A stretch of 64,000 bases of DNA, taken from Felis catus (taxonomy: Eukaryota). A program made the translations under genes and the position numbers. Location: contig NC_058379.1 in NCBI RefSeq assembly GCF_018350175.1, forward strand, positions 81,096,001 to 81,160,000, in the 5' to 3' direction. Within the stretch, counting starts at the first letter, position 1. Every line of letters begins with the position of its first letter. Below the pieces are notes generated by a model. The model saw only the letters and a program-made list of their open reading frames with translations, had not been told where the DNA came from and ran no database searches. Positions 34,041-46,471 of the stretch are shown in pieces.

Positions 34041-35457
34041 CTTCCCCGTTGAACCAATAGTTGTGGCCAGAGAAATGTTGTGTTAGTTGTCTTAGACATT
34101 GGTCATATATGCCATTTATAGGGTTGGGGGATACTCTGAGAGATAAGACATATTGATTTCCATCCTCCTAATTTTGATAATATATATGAAATCAGTTCTC
34201 TTGGATGATGAAGGACCCACTACCCTGGTGGGCTAATTTTACGTGTTGGTGAGTTAGACACTCATCCATCTTAGGAGTTATCCAGCTGGGTAGGCCCTCA
34301 AACTGAGAACACTCAGAGTCTTTTTCTCTTTCAAATCTTCTTCTGGCACTGTGCCTTGAATTCCAATAATTGTGTCACTCCTCAAGGGACATCTGTAACA
34401 TAAAGTTATTTTAAAGCATTATCTAATGGGAGAGGCAACCCATTAGCTGGAACATATATAAGCACAAGCTGGTTTATCTGATTATTTCATTACCGTATCT
34501 TGAAAGATGCCTGTTTGGATGAGGGCACGTGTATAATAAATAAACTTGAGTGGGCTGGGGGCAGTGTGGGGGAAACTGGGCATTTGGAAGCTTGGAAGAG
34601 GATCCTTGAAAATGAGAAGAACATTTCCAAGAACAGGAGGGACCGAGAAGATAGTCTATTTTGTAATTCTTTGTGGATCTGGTTCTGCTCATAAGACTGC
34701 TTTCAAACTCTGTGGATTCATGTATCTCATAAGCTCTGAGAATTTCTCAGCCACATCTCTTCAAATTTGCCTCTCATTCACTTTTTGTATTTTCAGCTTC
34801 TGAGACTTAAAATAGACGTAGAATTTCTTATTTTATGTTCCACGTCTATTAATCTTCCTTTTATATTTTCCATGTCCTTACACTTTATTCTCAGCTACTT
34901 CTTCATATCTATCTTTTATCTCACGAACTCTCTTGTTAGTGGTGTCTAATTTGTTTAACCCTCTGTTCAATTTTTAATTGAAATACTTACATATTTCAAC
35001 TCTAAAATTTGTTTGGTTTCTTTTCGAATAGGCTGGGTCATATATGATGGTCTTACCACTTGTTTGTTTTGGAAACTCTTAATTTTTAAAAAATATTTCA
35101 TCCATGGTTATTTTATATTCTGTATGTGATAATTCCAGTAGCTGAGAATCTTAGGCTTTAAGTCTGTTTTTGTTTGTTTGTTGTTTCTGCTGACCTTATT
35201 TCGTGGTGGCTTATTTTATTGTATGTTTGGTGATACTGTATTGTAAAATCATAGTTGGTTGATAGTAATCTGTGGGAATACTGGAGGCATTTATTCTCAA
35301 ATGATTTGCGTCTTCCTTTCCTGAGAGCCAGGGGGCGCTACTGAGCCATAATTGATCTAGCCCGGTCTTGAGCACCCAGGGCTTCATGTGGAAGTCTAGG
35401 AATCAGATTTCCCACTTCTTGAGTTTGCTTACCCTTTGAAGCTCAGATTTCAGCTCA

Positions 35458-35635
35458 CAGTATGACAGCCACAGGCTATTTGTGGTAAGTAAAATGAAGT
35501 AAAATTAAACCTACGGCTTCTCAGTCACACTAGACACGTTTCCAGAGATCAAGAGCTACGTGTAGCTAGTGGCAAAGACACTGGACAGCAGAGAACACTA
35601 TCATCACTGCAGACATTCCTCCTGGACAGTGCTGT
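35458..35635 (-). mobile_element. MER3-like hAT MITE
   Basis: TCAGTCACACTAGACACGTTTC...GCTAGTGGC...TGGACAGCAGAGAAC...TGGACAGTGCTG. Confidence 0.55.
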
Positions 35636-37857
35636 TCTTGAACATCACTTCTACATCACGGGAGACCAACGACGCATTAAAGGGTATGCTTTTCAGGAGT
35701 AAGCTGTTTTGTAGAGAACATACCTAGGATTCCATACTGCCCGAGGCATGATACAAAGACCATCTTATGTGTCTTCCTGAAGAAAGCAATGCACTAAACA
35801 ATGCAGAAAATAGTAGAGATTTTTTTTTAATAGGAGGTACGGTACGGTTATCTCGTTTATTAAGAAGAATCACTACGATGGTCCTGTGGCAAATGTATCA
35901 GAGGGGAGAAAGATTAGAAGTGGGAAGTATAGCCTGGAGGCTCTGGCAGTATTCTGGGTGAGCAATGTCGAGGTCTCAACTAAGTCAGCAATAGTGCAGG
36001 TGGGGAGGAGAAAAGAGCCGTAACATTCAGTGAGAGTTAACATTGACAGGATGTTTTGGATGCAGGAGAAAAGAGGAGGAGAGTGGAATGTGATTTAGGT
36101 TTTCCATTGAGCCAGTAGCCCGATGGCAAGGCCGTCAGTCAGAGTTGGCAATACCAGAGAAGGGGCAAGCTTAGGGGAGAAGATGGGTTGACTCGGGGAC
36201 ATTTTGTGTCGGAGGTACTTCTGCACCACTTTACAAGGACCTACAGGTCACCCTGTAGGGGTCAAAGGGAGCCCCAGCCAATAGATACTGCACACCAAGA
36301 GTGGATAAAAACCTACTCTGACCCTCTTCTGTGACATTGGAGCCGCTTGGCATAGAGGAAAGCCGGAAGACAGCTCCGGGCCCTGTTCTGTGACAAACAC
36401 CATCATCTTTAGCCTTCCATGCAATTCTTGTGAAATTTCAGAGCTTCACCCCTTTTGGTCCTTCTAGACCTCTCCCTGCATCCCGTGCTCCCCACAATTC
36501 AGGGCGGGGAGACCAGAATATTTGGTAGAGTGGCTTGCAGAGGCCAGTGGCCCCGGGTCCCTAATGAGTAGGAGCAACACTCTCCCCAAGAGCACCCCTA
36601 TCTGTGAGAACACCCCTCAAGGGTGAGACGGTGAACTCAGCCCCAGTCGCCTGACGTACATAGCTTGTGGGCGTCAGATGTGTGCACTGGGGACGGTGCT
36701 CATCCTGGGTGAATTCCTCGGAACCTTCTCCAGACTCAGCAAAGGGCACTTGAAAGGAAAAGTCGGCAGAAACAATCCCGGGGCGGCTGACGTGTGTTGA
36801 GAATCTGCTCTATACCAGGCACGTGCCAGATGCTTCCATACACTGCTTTGTGCGTGTGCGGCACAAAAGCCCTGTTGGATGTGGGCATCTGCAGCCTCGC
36901 TCAGCTTCTCGAACTTTTGAGTTCCGTTGCCTCCTCAACCCCACCCCTGCTATGTCCTTCAGCTTGAAAAACCAGTGGATGGCGTTACTAGCTTCGTTGC
37001 CTGGATTCGTACCATGCGCATTATCGCAGTTCAGTGATGGAAAGAAGGAATCTCCTTTACGTCAGCGAACCGGGCTTCCTGGGTGGAATCCGGTGCAGAC
37101 GCCTGGGTGTCGGTGGGCTTCTCTCTTCACTTGCTGTCGTGAGATGCCTTATTGCTCGTCTAGGAATATGAGAAGTTTTGCGTGTGTCAGAATCTGCTGG
37201 GAGCCTCGTGGAAAGTGCACGTTGGAGGTGCCATCCCTGTGGGTTCTGATTTATCATCTAAGGCGAAAGTCAAGAAGAAGTATTTTGAAACAAACACCGC
37301 CAGTGACTCTGAGGCAAGTTTCAAGGATCCCGCATGGAGAAGCTGTGTTAGCCCTGTGGGGTCGGCGCTTCTTCACAGACGCCTGGCGTCTCGGGTGTCC
37401 GCGGTCCCTAAGAGTGGTGGTCTACACCAAGCAGACCATCAGGGGGCCGTCTTCTAGTCCTGGGGGCCTTCTGTCGTCTATACGAGCATCTTCCCCTCAG
37501 CTGGATGCTGGTGTCAAGTTCTATCAGTCAGTATCGTCAGTCAGCAAGTACTTATCAAGTTGCTGCAGATGACGTAACACATCACGCTCCTAGACTCAGG
37601 CCCTCCCTCAAGGATTTACAGAGACAAGTGTATAATTAAGTGAATTATGTTCACAGAAGGGCAATAATTGGAGCAGTAGTTTTCAATGGGAGGGGTAGGT
37701 TAGAGAAGGGGAGAATGAGTTGGGAAAAAAAATGGAGGTATACACTCTCAACAGTTCGGGGACTCAGATCATATTTAATAAACATTTGCTGATTAGCCTC
37801 TAGGAGCCAGGCACGGCCATACGCATTGCTTTTGTTCTAAGAAATAGAATGAATACT

Positions 37858-38055
37858 GGGGTGCCCGGGCGGCCCAGCTGGTTAAGTGTCTGACTCTTGA
37901 TTTCTGCTCAGGTCATGATCTCACGGTTGGTGAGTTTGAGGCCTGCATCGGGCTCTGCGCTGACAGGGAGAAAACCTGCTTGGGATTCTCTCTCGCCCTT
38001 TCTCACTACCCCTCCCCTGCTCACGCTCTCTCTGAAATAAATACACTTAAAAAAA
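37858..38055 (+). mobile_element. CanSINE
   Basis: GGGGTGCCCGGGCGGCCCAGCTGG head, A-tail. Confidence 0.88.
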
Positions 38056-38797
38056 TACATAGAATTATTACTTATGTCCCTATGAATAAAATTCATACTT
38101 ATGAATTCATAGTCTTCCCATTGGCAGAAACAGCCACTAATTCTTTATAATCATTGGGGTTCCACAAAGCACTTTAGACCTAAGTCTTTCATTACAAAAT
38201 TGTAGCCTGAAGGGCATAGCATGCTTGCCCAAATATGCAGTGGTCTGCAAGGGGTTTGCCAAACCCCAAATACTGGGGGGAGTTCAATGTTCGTTGATAA
38301 TAATCCATGCAGACAAATAGATTAAGAACATTTCTCCTTTGTCCTTCGATTTTCTCTCACCTGGCAGATCTTGGGATCTTTCAGCTTGGATGCTGAAGCC
38401 TTTCTTCAATTCTAGTCAACACACAGGTTAGTAATTTGTGCCGACTTGACAAGGAGAAGGAAAAACTTCCAAAGATCTAGGCTGGGTCTATGGTTCATTC
38501 CTGAACAGTATATGATTTTCACTATTAAGTAACACTGTTTTATGGATGCATAATGCAGGCATATGGTTTTTGAGGCAAGACAGACTCTAGAGTAAGAAAG
38601 ACGTGAGTTTGAATCACACTATTTGGAGCTCACTATTTAGAGACCTTTAGCAGCTCCCTTAACTTCTCTGACCTATCATTTCCTGACCTGTAACATACAG
38701 AGAATATTCCCTATCTCTCATGGAGGGTTACATGAGATGAACTAATAAAACACCTCGTTTAGTGCCTGAGGCTGGGAAACATTCAAGAAATATGTTA

Positions 38798-39005
38798 GGG
38801 GTACCTGGGTGGCTCAGTGGGTTGAGAGTCCGACTCTCGGTTTCTGCTCAGGTCGTGATCTCATGGTTCATGGGTTCGAGCCCTATATTGGGTTCTGTGT
38901 TGACAACATGGAACCTCTCTCTCTCTCTCTCTCTCCCCCTCCCTCCCCTTATACTCTGTCTCTCTCTCTCTCTCTCTCAAAATAAATAAGCTTAAAAAAA
39001 GTAAC
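38798..39005 (+). mobile_element. CanSINE
   Basis: GGGGTACCTGGGTGGCTCAGTGG head, (CT)n, A-tail. Confidence 0.88.
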
Positions 39006-40469
39006 AAATAAAAAATGAAAGACATAAATGTTACTTCTTTCATTTGTCAAAATTAAATACCATTTTATCTATTTCTGATGTAAATAACCTTCAATAAATG
39101 ACAGATTTAAGAAATTATGTAAATCGTATCTATTAATATTTTATTTCCTTGAATGGGGGAAATGTTATTTAAGTGCAGTTGAGGAACATTTTGATCCAAT
39201 TTGTGGCACCCAGGACACCGTGGGAGCACAGTTTGAGAACCTCCAGCCAGTGTGGTTTTAGGAATGGTGTTTCATGTGATACGGATATTTGCTTACTCTC
39301 CAGTTTTGTCTTTCACCCCTCCCTGTATTCATCCTCAAGATTAGGGTTGTTTGAGATCGAAGAGATTATCTCCACGGTAGATGCAAATATTCTTGCGGCC
39401 TGGTATGAACGAGTTTGCTAAAGGGCTGGTGCCACGAACAACACTGTGCTACCTCTAAGGTGGCACAAATTCTGCCTTCTGGGCTATGTTTGCAAATGAG
39501 GATGATTGCAAAATAAGGACAATGGCAGCAACAGAAATAACAGCGACAATAGCAAACCCTACCACCATTCTTGCTTTTTTACCAGGATATGTTTGCAGTG
39601 TACCCCCAACCCTTCCTGAGCCTGAAAAAGTTGACCTTGGGAGTAACAGAAGCTCCTTATAACACAAATTCTTGGTACAGAGTGAGTCTTCATGCATGTT
39701 TATTAAACGAATGAATGCAAATTTGAGTTCTCATGGTGGAGGGTGTGTAAGAAGGTTGAATCATGAACATGGCTTTTGATGAGATCTTTCAACCCTGACA
39801 TCTTGGTATGATCACTGGTCGATCCAGTCATTGTCCTCACATTACACTCCCATATAAACAAATATGACACCCTATTATACTTCACCCCGACTTCAATTTC
39901 AGGTCTGAAATTACAGAATGTCAGGGCTGAAGTTCCCATTGCACAAACCCTTAATTTCACAGATAATTAAATAGAAGCATAGTTTTAATCCTTTTGAAGA
40001 CATGTTAATCCAGATACCTCATGGCTCTAATAATGAATAGGTGCTGGTCTTCACTGTTGACCCAGAGCTGGGGTTGTAGAGGTTAGTTTGGCTAACTCCA
40101 TCTATAATGGCATATTCATAACTTTGGGAACCTCCTACCTCCCCTCTGTAAAATTGGTGGTTTCATGTATTTAAGATATATTTATGCACCTTATGACATA
40201 TGTGACATATGTCTTTTTTTTTTTTTTAACCAAAGAAACACTAAGGTTTGGGTTTATTTGGATCTATATAGTAAACACTTACTGGAAAAGCAAAGCCTCT
40301 AAGTGCCATTTCAGATTCACTGCTCTGCTTTCCTCTTAGTTGCTTGGTTGTGAGGTTCATTCTGGGAAACTCCAGAGACTGCAATATACCAACCACAACT
40401 ACTGATGATTTTTAGATTCTTTTTTTTAAATGTTTATTTGTTTTTGAGAGAGAGAGAGTTATTTATAAT

Positions 40470-40690
40470 TAAAAAAATTTTTTTTATTGTTAATTATTTA
40501 TTTTTGACAGAGACAGACAGAGCACAAGTGGGGGAGGGACAGAGAGAGAAGGAGACACAGAATCCGAAGCAGACTCCAGGTTCTGAGCTGTCAGCACAGA
40601 GCCCGACATGAGTCTCAAACCCGCAAACTGGGAGATCATGACCTGAGCCGAAGTTGGACGCTTAACTGACTGAGCTACCCAGGCGTCCCC
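40470..40690 (-). mobile_element. CanSINE
   Basis: Full body ending ...GCTACCCAGGCGTCCCC. Confidence 0.9.
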
Positions 40691-40691
40691 T

Positions 40692-40745
40692 CTTTCTCCC
40701 TTTTCTTTTTCTTTCTTTTTCTTTCTTTTTCTTTCTTTTTCTTTC

Positions 40746-40796
<51 letters not shown>

Positions 40797-40987
40797 AGTT
40801 TATTTGTTTTGAGAGAGAGAGCATGTATGTGAGAGTGTGAATGGGGGAGAGAGCGGAGAGAATCCCAAGCAGACTCCACGGTCAGCACAGAGCTTGATGT
40901 GGGACTTGATCCCATGAATCATGAGATCATGACCTGAGCCGTGATCAAGAGCCAGACACTTAACCAACTGAGCCACCCAGGTGCCCC
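40692..40987 (-). mobile_element. CanSINE with expanded (CTTT)n/(CTTTT)n tail
   Basis: ~100-bp pyrimidine microsatellite (40692-40796) followed by the SINE body. Confidence 0.88.
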
Positions 40988-41449
40988 TTTATATTCTGTC
41001 TTGTGTTTTAATTTTCTCAAAGCCATTGTTGAGGTCAAGCTTTTGCTTTATATTTCCATTTTAAACCATTCATCTAAATTGTGATTTGAAATTTTAAATT
41101 TCAAAGCATTTTGTTTCCAAAAACTATTTGAAAAATGATGCTACAGTTGTAAAAATATGGTTTTGAAAAAATATTTTGATGTAACGGAGAAACTCATTGG
41201 AGACGTGAGAAATAGTGATCTGAAGGCCTATTTGACTGAACATAATTCTGGAAGCAGGTGAACTGATTTGTAGGACCTTGTGGTTCTTTGTGTCATCAAA
41301 AGCAACTGTAAAATTCATAGTAACTTATAATACTCTGTTTCATAAGGAGATAACTCATTAGAAAGCAAAACTAGTGTGGAGACCTGAGGGACTTATCAAG
41401 TGAGAGTACTCTGAATTTTTCATACTATGCTCTCCCGCCTTATTGTGCG

Positions 41450-41474
41450 TTTTTTTTTAAAATTATTTATTTTT

Positions 41475-41522
<48 letters not shown>

Positions 41523-41660
41523 GGGGAGGGTCAGAGACAGAGGGAGACACAGAATCTGAAGCAGGCTCCAGGTTTCCAGCTGTCAGCACAGAGCCCAACA
41601 TGGGGCTCGAACTCGAACTCGTGAGCCATGAAATCAAGACCTGAGCCACCCAGGCACTGC
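41450..41660 (-). mobile_element. CanSINE with (GA)~21 tract
   Basis: Long (GA)n at ~41477-41519; shortened head. Confidence 0.88.
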
Positions 41661-42329
41661 CCTTATTGTGCTGTTAATTTCACAAAAGGATTAGATTTTC
41701 CAATCATTTACTACTCAAAACAAAAATTGTTTTGTTCTGTGAACTTTCATGAACAAGCATGGTGTTGGCCAGCACAGGAGAGCTGGACTCTGTAGACTTT
41801 GATTGTACTCTTGTACTCTTGTAATCTGAGGATTAACTCTATTGGAATTCACAAGCTTTCTTTCCCCACTCTTTCTTCTAGCACAAAGAGTAGATGTTGA
41901 GGATATACATAGCCAAGTAAAATCTCCAGTAATTTGTACTCATTCATATTCTAATACAGAATCTTTGTACTTAGTCATCCGTACTTGTCTTTTGAATTTC
42001 TTTTCCAGACTGGTTAAGACTTTGCAATCGCACATTTGTCTTACTGGGCTTCTCCTGCTATAATGACTGGGTGGTTCAGGAAGGTAAGTGCCTCTGATCA
42101 AGCTGATTTGGAAACTGAAACTGTAAAACATAGATTCATCCATACCACATTATGACCAACAAACCAGAATAGGCCAGAGTCACATAATCATGTGGGACAC
42201 CCTTAGATTTTCTATGAACAGAGGCAATGTCTCAGAGAAATGACAATCTTTTTCTTAAAAAATTTTGGATGAGAGGCTAAAACAAAATGTAGATAAGCTA
42301 TGCTCAGTTAGGTTTTTTTTTTTTTTCTC

Positions 42330-42815
42330 TAATGGTTTACTGATTTTAAGAATGGCTTCTTGGAACACCATCTTATAAATATAGATGAAATACTGAGTAG
42401 AAAATCACTATTTTGAAACAGTTACTGTAAAAATTGATCCAAGCAAGAATCACTAATGGGTGCTAAAATTTGAAAATATTTGGTGAAGACCAAGATAGTT
42501 ATAGTTTCAAAAGATCTCTTTCCTTTCTGTTTTTATGATAACTGTAAGAGATGTCATTTTTCTTAAGAATTATGTACCAAAATATTTAGGAGCAAAGGGG
42601 CATGATGTATGCAGCTTATTCACCCATACTTCAAAATAGATGTCTGTGTGTATATAAGTATATATACAAGAGGAAAGCATTGTAGAGCAAATGAGATGAA
42701 AAGTTAGTGATTGGTAAATCTGGGTAAAGTATATACAGTTATTCTTTGTAACATTCCTACAACTTTCTGCAAGTTTGAAATTAATTCTAAATAAAAGTAA
42801 AAAAAAACCCATTTT
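42330..42815 (+). mobile_element. L1MC/MD-like 3' end
   Basis: TACTGAGTAGAAAATCACTATTTTG...GTAAATCTGGGTAAAG...TTCCTACAACTTTCTGCAAGTTTGAAATT..AATAAAAGT. Confidence 0.65.
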
Positions 42816-42988
42816 CCTAGAAAAGTTATAAAGAAAAAACAGACTTGATTTAATAAAAATTAAAAAATGTCTATACTTTGAAAGTATAATCAATTAAAGG
42901 TCAAATGACAGCAATGGAAAAACACAATAGATAGAGTTCATATATGTTTCTGATATCAAATGAGTATCTGTAAATTAAGAAAATATAA

Positions 42989-43210
42989 GAGCACTTGGGT
43001 GGCTCAGTCGGTTAAGCGTCCAACTTCAGCTCGGGTCATGATCTTGCAGTTCGTGAGTTCCAGCCCCATGTCGGGCTCTGTGCTGACAGCTCAGAGCCTG
43101 GAGCCTGCTTTGGATCCTGTGTCTCCCTCTTTCTCTGTCCCTCCCCCCTTGTGTTCTGTTTCTCTCTCTCTCTCAAAAATAAATAATAAACAATAAAAAA
43201 TTAAAAATAT
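42989..43210 (+). mobile_element. CanSINE
   Basis: Head GGGTGGCTCAGTCGGTTAAGCG, full body, A-tail. Confidence 0.9.
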
Positions 43211-43397
43211 ATAAATAACTCAAATATTAAATGTAATGCATACAAAAATGCACTTAACAGAAAAAAATTAATGCCAATGAATGTGAATAGATGCTTAATT
43301 TATAATGAATCAAAGAACTAAAACGAGGGTAATTTCATGCTTACCACTTTAGCCAATTTATAAAAATTGATTATGTTAGGGAAAATTGAAGGCTTCT

Positions 43398-43424
43398 TTA
43401 TTTTATTTATTTATTTATTTTATT

Positions 43425-43462
<38 letters not shown>

Positions 43463-43596
43463 GGCAAGAGCGCATGAGTTGGGTAGAGGGGCAGAGGGAG
43501 AGACAGAGGACCCCAAGCAGGCTCCACACTAACATGGTGGCCCATGCAGGATCGAGTCAGCCACTCAACCAACTGAGCCACCCAGGTGCCCCCCCC
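43398..43596 (-). mobile_element. CanSINE (internally deleted)
   Basis: (TTTA)n, (GA)n, head ...GAGCCACCCAGGTGCCCC. Confidence 0.8.
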
Positions 43597-44057
43597 TAGG
43601 GCTTCTTTTTCTTCTACTCTCATGAAGAAAGCACGAATGGACTAACACTTCTATATTTTTCCACTCCTGACTCATTCTACTCAATGAAGATTGGTTAGAT
43701 TGGACAGAACCTGATCTGCACTGGGCTAAGCTAATCACTAAATTACATTGCGAGCTCCCATGAGCTAGACACAGGGTGGAGTACATTATATACATACATT
43801 ATTTCAGTCAGCCCTTAAAACAGTTCTATAAAGTTGGTAATATTATTATTTCCATTTCATCAATATTTTAGCTTTATCATATATTAAAATTAATTAACCA
43901 TAAGAGAAGTAATTCCAACCACAGGAGAAAGGGTTGGTAATTTACCAAATAGTGCTGGACACACTGGCAAGGTAGTTAGGGGTTTTGAGTATTTATTCAT
44001 ATTCCTACCCTATATCATAGACTAAAATAAATTCTTGATGGACTAAAAATAAAAGGT

Positions 44058-44265
44058 GGGGGGTGCCTGGGTGGCTCGGTTAAGCATTTGACTTTGGCTC
44101 AGGTCATGATCTCGCAGTTCACGAGTTCAGGTCCCTGTCTGTGCTGACAGCTTAGAGCCTGGAGCCTGCTTCAGATTCTGTGTCTCCCTCTCTCTCTGCC
44201 CCTTCCCCACTCATGCTCTGTCTCTCTTTCGCTCTCTCTCTCTCAAAAACAAACATTAAAAAAAG
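44058..44265 (+). mobile_element. CanSINE
   Basis: GGGGGTGCCTGGGTGGCTCGG head, full body. Confidence 0.88.
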
Positions 44266-44830
44266 TTAAAAACAAAAGAAAAGGTGAAGAGAAAAACCTA
44301 CAGGAAAGTGTAGGTAAGTTATTACCTATTCTCTGGAAAGGGAAAGACTTTATAAATAGAAACGACAAGAAATTATCAAGGAAGAGATACACTTATCACA
44401 TTAAAAGACCTATTTATCAGGGTCAACCGATACCTACCGACATCATGGACTGACTACCAACTAGGACTTATTTGGAGAAAACAGCTAGGGCGATGTTAGA
44501 AAACGAGCATGCTGAGGTATGCAGGGTGACATCGAATGTACTCTTGAGTCTCTCCTACCAAATGCTGGGCTCCTCCAGGGAAGAACTGTGTATTCTGCTC
44601 ATCCGTGTGTCCCTGGTGTCTTGTGCTGACTTGGGCCACCATGTGCATTCTGTTCTGTGTTTTCGGAGACTAGGGAAACAAAGGAATGGTATTCAGGTGT
44701 GGCCAGAGAAGCATGACAGGAAGGTACAATAGCGTGTCCTAGACCAGTGACATAGATGGGTCATGAGAGCGCTGGAACAGTTTAGTGCTCTGAAGCACTT
44801 TGATTGACTGAGTTCTATGCCCATACTTCT

Positions 44831-45058
44831 TTTTTTTTTTTTAATTTTTTTTCAACGTTTTTAATTTATTTTTGGGACAGAGAGAGACAGAGCATGAACG
44901 GGGGAGGGGCAGAGAGAGAGGGAGACACAGAATCGGAAACAGGCTCCAGGCTCTGAGCCATCAGCCCAGAGCCCGACGCGGGGCTCGAACTCACGGACCG
45001 CGAGATCGTGACCTGGCTGAAGTTGGACGCTTAACCGACTGCGCCACCCAGGCGCCTC
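44831..45058 (-). mobile_element. Young CanSINE (Fc1-like)
   Basis: Diagnostic motifs; perfect 17-bp TSD TCTATGCCCATACTTCT (44814-44830, 45059-45075). Confidence 0.95.
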
Positions 45059-45221
45059 TCTATGCCCATACTTCTAACTTCCCTAGGAATGTGGATGGAT
45101 TGCGGGATTATTCTACTGTTCGCAATAAATTGTCATTAAAAGTTTGGGAGACTAAAGCAACTCAACAAAAGTCTGCTTTTCTAGACAGCCAACTAAAAAC
45201 GATCAAGTCACCAAATCATCT

Positions 45222-45388
45222 GAATTACATATTGTCATATGGAAACCCCCTTGTGCATGGTTTAGAAAAAAAGCCCGTGAAAATAGATTACATTTGTGGA
45301 ATTACATTTATATATTATCATATCGAAACCCCCTTGTGCGTGGTTTTAAAAAAAACCCATGAAAATAGATTACATTTGTGGAATTATA
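45222..45388. repeat. Tandem duplication, ~83-bp unit x2
   Basis: ATATT(G/A)TCATAT(G/C)GAAACCCCCTTGTGC...TGAAAATAGATTACATTTGTGGAATTA repeated at offset 82-83. Confidence 0.9.
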
Positions 45389-45674
45389 TATAATGACTAA
45401 TCTTTCGTAATGTTTTATTACTACTATGTAAAAATAGTATTGTGTCTTTGCACTTAAGAGATGAGGTTTAGAGTGTGTGGCAGCCCATTTGGCTGAGTCG
45501 AGTGAAGAAGAGGGATGAGCCACGGAGTGGTAATGTCACTGGGGTTTGCATTTGCCCTTCCCTAATGACTAGTGATGTTGGGTGTCTTTTCACGTGCTTA
45601 CTGTTCAGTTTGCATATCTCCTCTGGAGGAATTTCTGTGGAAGTCATTTGCCCATTTAAAAACTGGGTGATTTC

Positions 45675-45907
45675 GGGCGCCTGGGTGGCGCAGTCGGTTA
45701 AGCGTCCGACTTCAGCCAGGTCACGATCTCGCGCTCCGTGAGTTCGAGCCCCGCGTCGGGCTCTGGGCTGATGGCTCGGAGCCTGGAGCCTGTTTCCGAT
45801 TCTGTGTCTCCCTCTCTCTCTGCCCCTCCCCTGTTCATGCTCTGTCTCTCTCTGTCCCAAAAATAAATAAACGTTGAAAACAAAAAATTATTAAAACAAA
45901 AAAAAAA
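45675..45907 (+). mobile_element. Young CanSINE (Fc1-like)
   Basis: Diagnostic motifs; TSD AAAAA(C)CTGGGTGATTT. Confidence 0.95.
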
Positions 45908-46080
45908 CCTGGGTGATTTATTTTGTTATTGTTGAGTTGTAAGTGCTTTCTGTACAAATCCCTTACCAGATAAGTGATTTGCAGACATATTCTCCCATTT
46001 TGTGGCTTGTTTTTTTTCCATTTCTTGATGGCGTCTTTTGCAACACAGAAGTTTTTAATTTTGGTGAATTCCAGTGCAGC

Positions 46081-46240
46081 NNNNNNNNNNNNNNNNNNNN
46101 NNNNNNNNNNNNNNNNNNNNNNNNNNNNNNNNNNNNNNNNNNNNNNNNNNNNNNNNNNNNNNNNNNNNNNNNNNNNNNNNNNNNNNNNNNNNNNNNNNNN
46201 NNNNNNNNNNNNNNNNNNNNNNNNNNNNNNNNNNNNNNNT
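46081..46240. other. Assembly gap (160 N)
   Basis: Run of N. Confidence 1.
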
Positions 46241-46249
46241 ATTTTTCTT

Positions 46250-46471
46250 GTAAAAGTTTTTTTTTAAAGTTTATTTTGTTTACTTATTTAGAGAAAGAGA
46301 GACAAAGAGTGCGCATGAGTCAGGGAGGGGCAGAGAGAGAGAGGGAGACAGAGAATCACAAGCAGGCTCTGTGCTGTCAGCAGGGCTAGAACCCACGAAC
46401 CATGAGATCACGATAACCTGAGCCGAAGCCAAAAGTCAAAGTCTCAACCAACTGACCCACCCAGTGCCCCT
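46250..46471 (-). mobile_element. CanSINE
   Basis: Tail, (GA)n, head ...CCACCCAGTGCCCC. Confidence 0.85.

Noticed and set aside
44872-45860. Recurring peptides such as MGQRETEHERGRGRERGRHRIGNRLQALSHQPRA and AQVMISRF...SLSLS throughout the ORF track
   Set aside because: Translations of CanSINE bodies, not genes.
45943-46389. ORFs of 97-148 aa
   Set aside because: Open only because they run through the N gap.
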